DNA of 64,000 nucleotides from Treponema sp. (lineage in GTDB: Bacteria > Spirochaetota > Spirochaetia > Treponematales > Breznakiellaceae): the NCBI GenBank assembly GCA_009781635.1, contig WQXU01000005.1:13443-77442 (forward strand), in the 5' to 3' direction. Made by a program: the position numbers and the translations under genes. Shown here piece after piece: positions 9,021-18,744 of this stretch; position 1 is the stretch's first letter; each line of letters opens with the position of its first letter. The notes beneath the pieces are model-generated. The model had not been told where the DNA came from, searched no databases, and saw only the letters and a list, made by a program, of their open reading frames with translations.

Positions 9021-10399
9021 TGGCTGATATAACCCTGATAACAATCAATGCAAAGTGGATACATCCGTCTCTTGCTCTGCGCCTTTTAAAGGCAAACCTT
9101 GGTTCACTGGAAGATTCCTGCGAAATAATCGAGTTCGCTTTAAGACAGCCCCTGATTGAAAAAACAGAACCAGTCCTTGCCGCCCGTCCGCGCATCCTTG
9201 GCATTTCTGTCTCGATATGGAACCACCTTGCCACCATTGAACTGCTTAAAGAACTTGAAAAAGCATGGGCGGCGGCGGAAAAAATAAGACCGGTTGTAGT
9301 CCTCGGCGGCCCCGAAGTATCACATCTGCCGTCATCTGCAGAAATATTTAATTACGCTGATCATATAATCCGCGGAGAAGGCGAAACTCCCTTCAGGCTG
9401 TTATGCGAAAACCTTCTGCAAAATGATAATAAAGAATTAACTGGTAAAGAGCCGGCAAGTATAAGCGAAATAAAAACCGCATACCGCCTCTACACAGACG
9501 AAGACATTGCAGGAAAACTCATATATGTAGAGTCAAGCCGCGGCTGTCCCTTCCGGTGCGAGTTTTGTCTGAGTGCGCTGGACAGCGCCGTCCGCGAATT
9601 CCCGCTGGATCGATTTTTTGCGGAGATGGATATTCTGATACAGCGCGGCGTAAAAACATTCAAATTTCTGGACAGATCAATAAACATCAATATAAACCGC
9701 ATAATTAAAATCTGCATATTCTTCCTTGAAAAAATTGATGAACGAATAAAAATGGGATACAGGCCATTTGTTGTTCACTTTGAAATGGTTCCGTCGAATT
9801 TTCCGGCAGAGCTGCGCGATGTTCTTATGCGTTTTCCGGCAGGTACGCTGCGTCTTGAAATAGGCATTCAAACATTAAACCCGGATGTGTCTGCGCGGAT
9901 TGGCAGAGTATCAAACCCGGACAGGGAGCTTGAAGCGCTGAGGTTCCTGCGCTGGAAAACCAATGCAATTATCCATGCCGATCTTATTGCCGGTCTGCCC
10001 GGAGAAGATCTTGAATCATTCGGGAGGGGCTTTGACAGGCTTTGGTCTGTTCTGGGCGGCGCTGATACTGCGGGCGCTGAAATTCAGCTTGGTATTCTTA
10101 AATTACTGCCAGGCGCGCCAGTCTCGCGGCACAGTGATGCCTTTGGCATGCGGTACAATCTCCTGCCGCCGTATGAAATAGAAGAAACCAGTTCAATTTC
10201 TGCCGCCGGTTTACAAGGGCTTAAAAACTTTGCACGTTTCTGGGAATTGATTGTTAACCGCGGCCTTGTAAGTTTCACAAATGAACCTGTCTTTGAATTT
10301 TTTATGGGTTTATCTTACGATCTGTTTAACCATTTTAGCAAAAATTGGGGAATAGACAGAAAAGAATTGCAGGACAAATTAAAAAGCTGCGGATTATAA
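9020..10399 (+). CDS. B12-binding-domain radical SAM protein (DUF4080-type C-terminus, tentative)
   Basis: Start set at the ATG overlapping the upstream stop (TAATG), giving MADITLITINAKWIHPSLALRLL. Radical SAM cluster motif SRGCPFRCEFC (CX3CX2C). The N-terminal Rossmann-like segment is typical of the B12-binding class. Confidence 0.7.
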   Translation: MADITLITINAKWIHPSLALRLLKANLGSLEDSCEIIEFALRQPLIEKTEPVLAARPRILGISVSIWNHLATIELLKELEKAWAAAEKIRPVVVLGGPEVSHLPSSAEIFNYADHIIRGEGETPFRLLCENLLQNDNKELTGKEPASISEIKTAYRLYTDEDIAGKLIYVESSRGCPFRCEFCLSALDSAVREFPLDRFFAEMDILIQRGVKTFKFLDRSINININRIIKICIFFLEKIDERIKMGYRPFVVHFEMVPSNFPAELRDVLMRFPAGTLRLEIGIQTLNPDVSARIGRVSNPDRELEALRFLRWKTNAIIHADLIAGLPGEDLESFGRGFDRLWSVLGGADTAGAEIQLGILKLLPGAPVSRHSDAFGMRYNLLPPYEIEETSSISAAGLQGLKNFARFWELIVNRGLVSFTNEPVFEFFMGLSYDLFNHFSKNWGIDRKELQDKLKSCGL

Positions 10400-10468
10400 A
10401 ATTATTTTTCTTACGGATATGGATTTTTTATTTTTGGTATGATATATTGCATGTTGGAGGAATAATAC

Positions 10469-11695
10469 ATGAAAAAAAACATTGTTTTATTAATGCTGCC
10501 AATCCTTACATTGAGTTTCATGACATGCAGTTTTGAAATTCCAAATGCGGTACAGATTAAAGGCAGCCCTAATGTTACGCTTGCGGCTGATTTTCCTATC
10601 GGGAGTACATTTGCAGAAAATCTTGATGACTTGTTTTTGCAAGCCATCAATGAAAGTGAATATGATCTGGAGCCGGTTAATTGTACTAATACTGTTTATC
10701 AGACTTATTTAATCTATACAGAGCTGCTCAGTGAAAATTTTGATCTTTCAAATATAGGCGTTGATTTTCCGGAAGATATTTCGCAGGAATTTTTAGACTT
10801 TCTTGCAAGTCTGGGTATCCAAATAGAGCAGTCAGCAGCTGAATACGAGCTTGAGGAAGATAAAATCCTTCTTGACAGCACAATGGAACTGCCGCTCTCC
10901 GATATGGGAGATATATTGGAAGGCTTTGTCTTCGACATGGCGGAAGTGATACTCTACATTTCCGGCGTAGGCGGTCTTGCGGAACTGCTTACAGTTGAAC
11001 TTGCAATCGGTGATGGTGAATCTCATATTATTCCTGTCAGCGAAAGCAAGCCAAGCGATATTGATGATTGGAGAAACGGCGGGTATAACGGCAGGTATGC
11101 GCCCGAGAGCAATATTGAATTTCCCATGTCAGATATAACATTAGGTGAAGATGTCATAATTAGATATAAAGTCTATATTAAGGAAGGAACTACAATTACC
11201 CCGGAGAGCCTTCTGCTGGATGCAACTATAAAAGCAGAAGCTGTTATTTGGCTGCCTTTGATTCTGAAAGCCGGTGAAGGCGGGCGCGCAATTAATTTCT
11301 CTGAATTTCTGGGAGATTTAATTCCGGATAAAGACCTTTTTGACAGAAAATATCCGGGCGATGATCTTGCTTTGGACGAGATTGTCGATTCTGCAACATT
11401 AAAGATTGTGCTGGATAATAATCCGTTTAGAGGCGCTGAGCTGGTTATTAGAAGCGCAAATTTTAATACAGAAGATAATATTGTTTTTAAAAACGAATTA
11501 ACCGGAAACTCGCTTGACTTCAATATAAGCGATGATTTACTGGAGCGGATTAACAGACCGGTAAATTGGCCTTTTATACCTGATATCAGTATTTTCTTTG
11601 CAGAAGGCGAAACAATATCCATACCAAGAAATTTTAATTTCAACATAACGCAATTTAATTTTTCTGCAAAAGTAAATTATTTATTTAAACTTTAA
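10469..11695 (+). CDS. acidic lipoprotein, unknown family
   Basis: Signal peptide with lipobox SFMTC. 408 aa, rich in D/E. GGAGG lies upstream of the ATG. Confidence 0.6.
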   Translation: MKKNIVLLMLPILTLSFMTCSFEIPNAVQIKGSPNVTLAADFPIGSTFAENLDDLFLQAINESEYDLEPVNCTNTVYQTYLIYTELLSENFDLSNIGVDFPEDISQEFLDFLASLGIQIEQSAAEYELEEDKILLDSTMELPLSDMGDILEGFVFDMAEVILYISGVGGLAELLTVELAIGDGESHIIPVSESKPSDIDDWRNGGYNGRYAPESNIEFPMSDITLGEDVIIRYKVYIKEGTTITPESLLLDATIKAEAVIWLPLILKAGEGGRAINFSEFLGDLIPDKDLFDRKYPGDDLALDEIVDSATLKIVLDNNPFRGAELVIRSANFNTEDNIVFKNELTGNSLDFNISDDLLERINRPVNWPFIPDISIFFAEGETISIPRNFNFNITQFNFSAKVNYLFKL

Positions 11696-11709
11696 TGGAG
11701 GGAACCAGA

Positions 11710-12978
11710 ATGAAAAAAACTTTATTAATTTTACTTATTTGCTTTTTAATCGTTCCTTGCCTTTATGCAAACGAAGGGTTTGAAGAAGAGCCGCTTTATG
11801 ATCCCTTTGAGGATACTCCCGCAGGTCCTTTGCTGATAGAGGACAGGAATTTTGAAATAGGCTTTAATATCAATATGTTTGTAACAAACAATTATATGTC
11901 GGTCGGGCAAATTTTCTCTAAAACCCTGGTTCTTGATATTGACGGGTTAAAAGATGGTTTTATGCTTAACCTGGGCGTCGGCCTTACTCCCCTGTTTTTT
12001 AACTATGATAGTAAAAAGGGATGGGGTTTTGGTTTATCTACAAATGTAGATGCGACAGGAGTTCTGGGTCTTTCCGGAAAAATGCTTTCACTTAGCAGCG
12101 CTGTTGGAGAAAAAATGGATGTTAGCGGAGCGCTTTTTGCTTCTATACAGGCTAAATCATTTTTCCCGGTACAAAAATTCAAGGTGAAAGTAAATCCTGC
12201 CATGTACTATACCATAGCGTATGTAAAGCCTGATGTCTCATATTCATTTTTAACCACAGATGCCGGAAGTGATTTGCATATTGACTACAATATGAAAGTT
12301 TTTACCGCATTTCCAATGACAGATTCAGGCCAAATAGACAGCGATTTCCGTCTGACCGGAAAACCGGGTTTTGACTTCAGCGTCGGGGCAGAGTATCCAT
12401 TATCCAGGGAAATTGGTTTAACCGAATTAATACCATTCCTTGATTTTGATGTTGGGGTGGATTTAATAAATATTCCTATTGTTTCTTCCACTTTAAAAAA
12501 TTACATGCAGATAGAAGGAAGAATTGGAAGCAGTGAACCTTTCTTTGTTACCGATGACTTTGATGGTTTAGTATCGTCTATCGGCAATAATGATTACATA
12601 ATTACAAACGGAGTATCAGGCGGCGAGAAATTTTCCCGGCCGTTTAAAATGCTTGTGAGCGCCAACTGGCGTCCGCTTCCGGATTATGGTAATCTACTTA
12701 CAGTAACTCCTGTGCTTGGTTTTGCCCATTCAGATCTTTATGTTAAACCCTTATCTGCAGAAGCCGGCCTTAATGCAGCTATTAATTTGTACAATATGTT
12801 TGTTTTTGCAGCCGGAATTAACTATACGGATCGAATCTGGAAAAACAGCCTTGATTTTATTTTTAATTCCAGAGCGTTTCAGCTCGATCTGGGAATTGAT
12901 TTAAGATCACAGAACTTTTTGGGCAGTTGGACCGGCAAAGGTATGGGATTTAATATCGGAATGAGGTTTGGCTGGTAA
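11710..12978 (+). CDS. putative outer-membrane beta-barrel protein, unknown family
   Basis: The ATG at 11710 is preceded by GGAGGGA. It has a signal peptide MKKTLLILLICFLIVPCLYA, alternating hydrophobic beta-strand patterns and an aromatic C-terminus (GMRFGW). Confidence 0.55.
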   Translation: MKKTLLILLICFLIVPCLYANEGFEEEPLYDPFEDTPAGPLLIEDRNFEIGFNINMFVTNNYMSVGQIFSKTLVLDIDGLKDGFMLNLGVGLTPLFFNYDSKKGWGFGLSTNVDATGVLGLSGKMLSLSSAVGEKMDVSGALFASIQAKSFFPVQKFKVKVNPAMYYTIAYVKPDVSYSFLTTDAGSDLHIDYNMKVFTAFPMTDSGQIDSDFRLTGKPGFDFSVGAEYPLSREIGLTELIPFLDFDVGVDLINIPIVSSTLKNYMQIEGRIGSSEPFFVTDDFDGLVSSIGNNDYIITNGVSGGEKFSRPFKMLVSANWRPLPDYGNLLTVTPVLGFAHSDLYVKPLSAEAGLNAAINLYNMFVFAAGINYTDRIWKNSLDFIFNSRAFQLDLGIDLRSQNFLGSWTGKGMGFNIGMRFGW

Positions 12979-12987
12979 ATAACAGCG

Positions 12988-13017
12988 CTGCAATTGTCAC
13001 ACAAGTGACAATTGCAG
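12988..13017. terminator. perfect 13-bp stem / 4-nt loop hairpin between convergent genes
   Basis: ctgcaattgtcac-acaa-gtgacaattgcag lies in the 41-nt gap between convergent CDSs. There is no strong T-run on either side. Confidence 0.45.
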
Positions 13018-13019
13018 TG

Positions 13020-13973
13020 TTAAACGCCTGACCAAACCGGAACAGACAGCCTTGATGGAAATGGATTTAACCGCCTGAAATCCGGCAGCCACTCGCTGCC
13101 TGTAATAAGTTCCTGGCAAAACCCGTCTTCTATTTCAAATTCTTCAAGCCATTTCATGACAATTTCGTAATCTTCTTTTTTTACATATCGTTTTGGAGCT
13201 GTTTTCTCTTTTAATTTACCGGAAGAATCCGGTATTGGCGTATATTGCGTCATCAGTGAAAGCAGGGCGCGATCCTTTATGTTTTCTGCAAACCAGCGCA
13301 GTACGGCTCGTGTGGATTCAAGATAACCGGGCAGAATTAAATGGCGGATAATTACTTTTTCTCTTGCGTTTTCGCAGGATTTTCCGTTTGCTATATCGAT
13401 CATTTTCAGGATAGCTGCTTTAGCTGCATCGGGATAATCCGGCGCGTTAAAAAACTTTGCAGATACCCTGCTGTCCAGTGTTTTTAAATCCGGCAGAAAA
13501 ATATCAACATGTTCTCTTAAAAGTTCAAGCGCTTCCTGGCTGTCGTAACCGGAAGAATTCCAGAGTACCGGAAGTTCCACTCCTGCTTTCCGCGCGGCCA
13601 AAAGACCTTCAATAATGCCTGCAACCGCATGGCTTCCGGTTACAATGTTGATATTTTCCGCGCCATTGTCGCGTAACGCAATGCAGATATTTGCAAAATC
13701 ATCTGCAGACACCGCCTTTCCAAGACCTGGGCTGCCTTTTATACCCTGTGACACCTGGTAGTTCTGGCAAAAAACGCAGCCCAGGTTGCATCCGCTTATA
13801 AAAATAGTTCCCGAGCCGCCGGTACCTATAAGAGGAGGCTCTTCACCGCGGTGAATTACAGCAACTGCGATTCGTAAGCTGGCAGTCTCTCCGCAATAAC
13901 CAGCCTGCCCTGCAAGACGGTCAACGCCGCAGTTTCGGGGGCATAAAAAGCAGGGATTGTACAGGTCTTTCAT
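13020..13973 (-). CDS. radical SAM protein, PflX-like (pyruvate formate-lyase activase-related)
   Basis: Radical SAM cluster motif ISGCNLGCVFCQN (CX3CX2C) plus an N-terminal Cys-rich segment CFLCPRNCGVDR. Confidence 0.7.
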   Translation of the reverse strand: MKDLYNPCFLCPRNCGVDRLAGQAGYCGETASLRIAVAVIHRGEEPPLIGTGGSGTIFISGCNLGCVFCQNYQVSQGIKGSPGLGKAVSADDFANICIALRDNGAENINIVTGSHAVAGIIEGLLAARKAGVELPVLWNSSGYDSQEALELLREHVDIFLPDLKTLDSRVSAKFFNAPDYPDAAKAAILKMIDIANGKSCENAREKVIIRHLILPGYLESTRAVLRWFAENIKDRALLSLMTQYTPIPDSSGKLKEKTAPKRYVKKEDYEIVMKWLEEFEIEDGFCQELITGSEWLPDFRRLNPFPSRLSVPVWSGV

Positions 13974-14031
13974 CGTTTTAGCATATCATAATCGTGCAAT
14001 TAAAAAATATTTCCGGATGTCCAAAAAATAC

Positions 14032-14060
14032 TTGACAATAATGTTAAAAATGTAAATAAT
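14032..14060 (+). promoter_or_regulatory. candidate sigma70-type promoter of the fab operon
   Basis: TTGACA at 14032-14037, then 17 nt, then AATAAT at 14055-14060. A short inverted repeat atgaca-N13-tgtcat follows at about 14067-14091. Confidence 0.35.
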
Positions 14061-14102
14061 GCTGAAATGACATAATATCAATATTTGTCATATATTAAAA
14101 TT

Positions 14103-15149
14103 ATGAATGATGAAAAACAAATGAATATTGAAATAATTGGAACAGGAAGAGCATTACCGTCAAAAAAGGTCAGTAATGATGATTTAGCGGCTCGAATTGA
14201 TACCAGCGATGAATGGATAAGATCCCATACAGGGATTGGCAGCCGTTATATAGCAGATGAAGATATTGCATGCAGTGATCTTGCGGCGGAAGCGGCAAAA
14301 AACGCTCTGGCTATGGCAGCAGGTTATACAGGCGATGATCCGGCAGAGCGGGACAAGGCAGCCGCAGAGATAGCCGGAACCATCGATATGATTGTTCTTG
14401 CAACGGCGACTGCTGACTATTTTGGCACTCCCTCTACCGCATGCATCGTGCAGGACAGAATTTGCGCCCGTAATGCTGCCGCCATGGATATTACAGCCGG
14501 CTGCACCGGATTTGTTTACGGCCTTGAAACCGCTGCAGGACTTTTAAGCATTAACTCCAGGCGCAAACGTGCGCTTGTAATAGGCGCCGAAGTTTTAAGC
14601 AGGATGATCAACTGGGAGGACAGGGGAACCTGCGTTCTGTTTGGAGACGGCGCGGGAGCTGTTGTAGTTGAGAAAAGCGGTAAAAACAGCGGGATTTTAC
14701 AAACGCTTTTATTCGCTGACGGCTCCGGAAGTGAAAGCCTTGTTATGAGAAGAGGAGGCACACGAAACCCTTTTAAAAAAGGCGAAGTTATTGATACGCC
14801 GATCTGTGTCGAGATGAACGGGCAGGAGGTTTACAATTTTGCCGTAAAGGCAATAACTGATACTGTAGAGGCGCTTATGAAAGCCGGAAATATCAGCATC
14901 GATAATATTGTGCGGATTATTCCGCATCAGGCAAATGCGCGGATTGTCCAGGCTGCAAGAAGAAGGTTGCATATTCCTGCAGAAAAGTTTTATATGAATA
15001 TTGAAGAATATGCAAATACTTCCTCGGCGACAATTCCGATTGCGCTGGATGAATTAAACCGCAGCGGACAAATAAAAAAAGGCGATTTGATTTTAACCGT
15101 AGGATTTGGCGGAGGCCTTACTTACGGCGGCAATATAATAATTTGGTAA
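14103..15149 (+). CDS. fabH: 3-oxoacyl-ACP synthase III
   Basis: IIGTGRALPSKKVSNDDL...SDEWIRSHTGI...ITAGCTGFVYGL (active-site Cys)...HQANARI...GFGGGLTYG. The start is ambiguous: TTG 14085, ATG 14103 or ATG 14121. Confidence 0.9.
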   Translation: MNDEKQMNIEIIGTGRALPSKKVSNDDLAARIDTSDEWIRSHTGIGSRYIADEDIACSDLAAEAAKNALAMAAGYTGDDPAERDKAAAEIAGTIDMIVLATATADYFGTPSTACIVQDRICARNAAAMDITAGCTGFVYGLETAAGLLSINSRRKRALVIGAEVLSRMINWEDRGTCVLFGDGAGAVVVEKSGKNSGILQTLLFADGSGSESLVMRRGGTRNPFKKGEVIDTPICVEMNGQEVYNFAVKAITDTVEALMKAGNISIDNIVRIIPHQANARIVQAARRRLHIPAEKFYMNIEEYANTSSATIPIALDELNRSGQIKKGDLILTVGFGGGLTYGGNIIIW

Positions 15150-15211
15150 TTGAGTTTTTAAAACCGTCTGAATAGCCGGTACTATATAAAAATTACAGAG
15201 AGGAAAATTAA

Positions 15212-16165
15212 ATGAATAAAAAAAACACGGTGTATTTATTTCCGGGACAGGGAGCGCAGTATTCAGGCATGGCATTGGATTTGCTTGAATCTGCCGCTGT
15301 AAAATCCGTCTTTGATACGGCATCGGAAATTTTTTCAAGGGATGCAAGAGAACTGCTTCAGTCCGATGCGGACACTCTCAGACGCACAGATGTTGCGCAG
15401 CCTGCGATAACTGTTGCCAATCTTGCTGCGGCGGCTTATCTTGGCGAGCAGGGTTTTAGTCCTGCCGCCTGCGCCGGCTTCAGTCTTGGCGAGTATGCCG
15501 CGCTTGTATGCGCAGGCATTATAGACATTGCCGATTGTCTGCGCCTTGTAAAGGCAAGGGGAGAAGCAATGCAGAAAACGGCTGACAAACTGCGCGAACA
15601 ATGCGGAGATGCGGCAGCGGCGCCCGGTATGGCTGCCATTGTCGGCCTTGCTCCGGAACAAGTAGATGAACTGATTTCAAAGTGGAGCAGGGAAGGCCTT
15701 AAGGATCTTTATGCAGCTAATATAAACTCGCCTAAACAGCTTGTGGTAAGCGGAACTGCCGCTGCGCTTCAGGAAGCGGAAACACGTTTTAAGGAAGCAG
15801 GCGCAAGGCGCGTAATTCGCCTGCAGGTTGCAGGGCCTTTTCATTCGCCGCTTATGGCAGAGGCAGTGGATGCCTTCGTACCGGCGCTGGAAGCTGTAAC
15901 ATTCCGCGACCCTGTAATTAAAATTTTCTCCAATGTAACAGGAAAAGCTATTTTCTCCGGCGCAGAAGCAAAAAAACTTGCAGTTCAGCATATTACCTGT
16001 CCTGTCCGCTGGGTTGATGAAGAAGCCTCTATCGCAGAGTGCGGAATTGAAGCCTGCCTTGAAGCAGGACCCGGTAAAGTCCTTCAGGGTTTATGGAAAG
16101 ATGCAGGAATGGAAATTCCCATTTTTGCCGCGGGTACAGCCGCTGACATAGCAAACATAGGTTAA
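15212..16165 (+). CDS. fabD: malonyl-CoA:ACP transacylase
   Basis: FPGQGAQYSGM and active-site GFSLGEYAAL motifs. An AGAGGA ribosome-binding site lies upstream. Confidence 0.9.
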   Translation: MNKKNTVYLFPGQGAQYSGMALDLLESAAVKSVFDTASEIFSRDARELLQSDADTLRRTDVAQPAITVANLAAAAYLGEQGFSPAACAGFSLGEYAALVCAGIIDIADCLRLVKARGEAMQKTADKLREQCGDAAAAPGMAAIVGLAPEQVDELISKWSREGLKDLYAANINSPKQLVVSGTAAALQEAETRFKEAGARRVIRLQVAGPFHSPLMAEAVDAFVPALEAVTFRDPVIKIFSNVTGKAIFSGAEAKKLAVQHITCPVRWVDEEASIAECGIEACLEAGPGKVLQGLWKDAGMEIPIFAAGTAADIANIG

Positions 16166-16167
16166 TT

Positions 16168-16902
16168 ATGGAATTGAATAATAAAAAAGCGCTGATTACA
16201 GGAGCCGGCCGCGGAATAGGCAGGGCAATTGCAGATTGTTTTCTTGCAGCCGGCGCGGAAGTCTGGGGGCTTGGTACAAAAGAACCGGAAGATTTAAATG
16301 CCCGCGTTGAAAAAGCAAACGGAAAACTTTACTGGATAAGCGCCGACTTAAGCAGGACTTGCGAAGTAGACGGCATTATCGAAAATGCAATTAAGGAATC
16401 AGGAGGGTTTGACATACTTGTTAACAATGCAGGCATTACAAAAGACAATCTCTCATTCAGGATGTCTCATGAAGAGTGGCAGAAAGTTATCGATGTTAAT
16501 TTAACAGCGGCATTTTTTATTGCCCGCACTGCGGCAAGAGACATGATTCGCCGCCGCAGCGGTTCAATTATAAATATGTCCAGCATTGTCGGTATTCACG
16601 GAAACGGCGGGCAGGCAAATTATGCTGCAAGCAAGGCGGGGTTAATTGGCATAACAAAGAGCCTTGCCAATGAAGTGGCAAGCCGCGGAGTACGGGTTAA
16701 TGCCATAGCGCCGGGTTTTATAGAGACCGATATGACTGCAGTTTTGACAGAGGAAATCAGGAAGAAATTGATCGACACTATTCCATTGAAGCGGGCAGGG
16801 AAGGCGGAAGATATTGCACAGACGGCGCTCTTTTTTGCATCTGACGCTTCATCATATATTACAGGACAGGTTTTGCCCGTAGACGGCGGAATGTTTTTTT
16901 AA
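16168..16902 (+). CDS. fabG: 3-oxoacyl-ACP reductase (SDR)
   Basis: TGAGRGIGRAIA cofactor motif, NNAGIT, and YAASKAG catalytic Tyr/Lys. It follows fabD by 2 nt. Confidence 0.9.
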   Translation: MELNNKKALITGAGRGIGRAIADCFLAAGAEVWGLGTKEPEDLNARVEKANGKLYWISADLSRTCEVDGIIENAIKESGGFDILVNNAGITKDNLSFRMSHEEWQKVIDVNLTAAFFIARTAARDMIRRRSGSIINMSSIVGIHGNGGQANYAASKAGLIGITKSLANEVASRGVRVNAIAPGFIETDMTAVLTEEIRKKLIDTIPLKRAGKAEDIAQTALFFASDASSYITGQVLPVDGGMFF

Positions 16903-17015
16903 TGTTCTATTTTACTAAGCAGCGAGTCCGCTGCTTCATTTGGAGGTTATCATTAGCACTTCGTGTTAATGTTCGATTTTATTGAGCAGCGAGTCCGCTG
17001 CTTCATGGAGGTTAA
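16901..17015 (+). repeat. tandem duplication (period 66 nt) of a ~50-nt module containing an 8-bp hairpin and a GGAGG ribosome-binding site
   Basis: Copy A (16901-16950) is aatgttctattttactaagcagcgagtccgctgcttcatttggaggttat. Copy B (16967-17015) is aatgttcgattttattgagcagcgagtccgctgcttcatggaggttaat. The hairpin is aagcagcg-agtc-cgctgctt. Confidence 0.8.
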
Positions 17016-17016
17016 T

Positions 17017-18285
17017 ATGAAAAAGAAAGTTGTGGTAACAGGAATGGGAGTTATTTCCTGCATAGGTAACAGCATCGAAGATTTTTGCGCAGCCTTAAAA
17101 GAAGGAAAAAGCGGCATCGGCAGGATCGAATCTTTTGATACCGCCGGGTTTGATGTAACAATTGCCGGCGAGGTTAAAAACTTTGACGCAAGCCTTTGGA
17201 TGGATAAAAAAGAAGCGCGTAAAATGGCGCGCTTTACGCAGTTTGCAGCAGCCGCAACAGCGCAGGCTCTTACTGATGCCGGCCTTATGGGCGATGCTGA
17301 TGCGGAAGGCAAGAGACCAGTAAAATGTGAGGCCGAAAGAACCGGCATCGTTCTTGGTAATGGCATAGGCGGGTTTGAAGTTGTTCAGGAATCAATGAAA
17401 AAATTGTTTGACAGCGGCCCTTCCAGAATGCCGCCTCTTACCATTCCCATGATGATCCCAAACGAAGCTGCTGGAAATATTTCAATGATGTTCGGTACAA
17501 AGGGTCCTGCTTTTACCCAGATTACAGCCTGCGCTGCAGGTACAGATGCCCTGGGACAATCGCTGGATTTGATTCGCAACGGCCGCTGCGATGTTGTAAT
17601 ATCCGGCGGAACAGAATCAACAATCACCCAATTTGCAATAGGCGGTTTTCAGATGCTCAAGGCGCTTTCCACAAAAAGATGCGGCGAGCCGGAAAAGGCA
17701 TCACGCCCCTTTGACGCCGACCGTGACGGTTTTGTAATAGCCGAGGGCGCCGGCATTTTAATTCTTGAAAGCGAGGAGCACGCAAAGGCGCGCGGCGCGA
17801 AAATAATTGCAGAGCTTGCAGGTTACGGGGCAACAGCCGATGCATATCACATAACAGCTCCGGATCCTTCGGGTAACGGCGGAGCTAATGCAGTTAAAAA
17901 CGCCATTGCTGACGCCGGATTAAAACCGGAAGATATTCAATATTACAATGCGCATGGTACGTCAACGGCAATTAATGATCCTACAGAAACAAAAATGCTG
18001 AAAATTGCTTTTGGGGATCATGCTTACAAAATGAAAGTTTCCAGTACCAAAAGCATACATGGTCATAATATCGCAGCTGCAGGCGGCGTTGAAGCCATCG
18101 CCTGTGTTCTTGCGATTCGTGACGGCTTCTATCCGCCGACTATCAACCTGGATAATCCCGATCCTGAATGTGATCTGGACTATGTTGCCAACAAGGCGCA
18201 GTACGGAGAAATTAAAGCAGCTGCCTCGGGCTCACTTGGTTTTGGCGGACATAACGGTGTGGTTGTTTTTAAAAAATACGAGTAG
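17017..18285 (+). CDS. fabF: 3-oxoacyl-ACP synthase II
   Basis: The ATG at 17017 is preceded by GGAGG and gives MKKKVVVTGMGVIS. It has the active-site region ITACAAGTDA, HGTSTAINDP and GFGGHNG. Confidence 0.9.
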   Translation: MKKKVVVTGMGVISCIGNSIEDFCAALKEGKSGIGRIESFDTAGFDVTIAGEVKNFDASLWMDKKEARKMARFTQFAAAATAQALTDAGLMGDADAEGKRPVKCEAERTGIVLGNGIGGFEVVQESMKKLFDSGPSRMPPLTIPMMIPNEAAGNISMMFGTKGPAFTQITACAAGTDALGQSLDLIRNGRCDVVISGGTESTITQFAIGGFQMLKALSTKRCGEPEKASRPFDADRDGFVIAEGAGILILESEEHAKARGAKIIAELAGYGATADAYHITAPDPSGNGGANAVKNAIADAGLKPEDIQYYNAHGTSTAINDPTETKMLKIAFGDHAYKMKVSSTKSIHGHNIAAAGGVEAIACVLAIRDGFYPPTINLDNPDPECDLDYVANKAQYGEIKAAASGSLGFGGHNGVVVFKKYE

Positions 18286-18294
18286 GGATTTGCA

Positions 18295-18717
18295 ATGAAG
18301 AACGAAATTGAAGGCCTTTTGCCGCACAGGGATCCTTTTCTGTTTGTGGATGAAATAGTTGAAGCTTCTGCAGAAAAAATTATTACAAAGCGTGTGTTTA
18401 AAGAGGATGATTATTTTTTTAAAGGGCATTTTCCCGGATATCCTGTTGTGCCCGGAGTCATTTTAATTGAGACAATGGCTCAGTCAGGCGGCGCCGGACT
18501 AAGAAAACTTGGCACGCTCGGCGATGATGCTCTGTTCTTTTTTGCAACGGTAGACAAGGTAAAGTTTCGCCGCCAGGTTCGTCCCGGCGATGAAGTCCGC
18601 TGCGAAATTGAGAATCTTCGCGTATCGCCAAGAATGATCAAGCAGAGGGGCAAAGCCTATGTTGGAGATGAGCTTGCAGCAGAAGCCGAGTGGATGTGTC
18701 TTGTAGGAAATAAATGA
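18295..18717 (+). CDS. fabZ: 3-hydroxyacyl-ACP dehydratase
   Basis: LPHRDPFLFVDEI...FKGHFPGYPVVPGVILIETMAQ hot-dog fold motifs. Confidence 0.9.
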   Translation: MKNEIEGLLPHRDPFLFVDEIVEASAEKIITKRVFKEDDYFFKGHFPGYPVVPGVILIETMAQSGGAGLRKLGTLGDDALFFFATVDKVKFRRQVRPGDEVRCEIENLRVSPRMIKQRGKAYVGDELAAEAEWMCLVGNK

Positions 18718-18744
18718 CAGCGTTCTGTCAGGGAGAATTGAATT

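Noticed and set aside
13974-14102. FapR/FabT-type operator upstream of fabH
   Set aside because: Only a weak 6-bp inverted repeat (atgaca-N13-tgtcat) is present. It matches neither known consensus, and no cognate regulator gene is in the cluster.
16953-17366. 137-aa minus-strand ORF overlapping the fabG-fabF spacer and the fabF 5-prime end
   Set aside because: It is antisense to fabF, has no RBS or family signature, and is typical of a shadow ORF in a GC-richer coding region.
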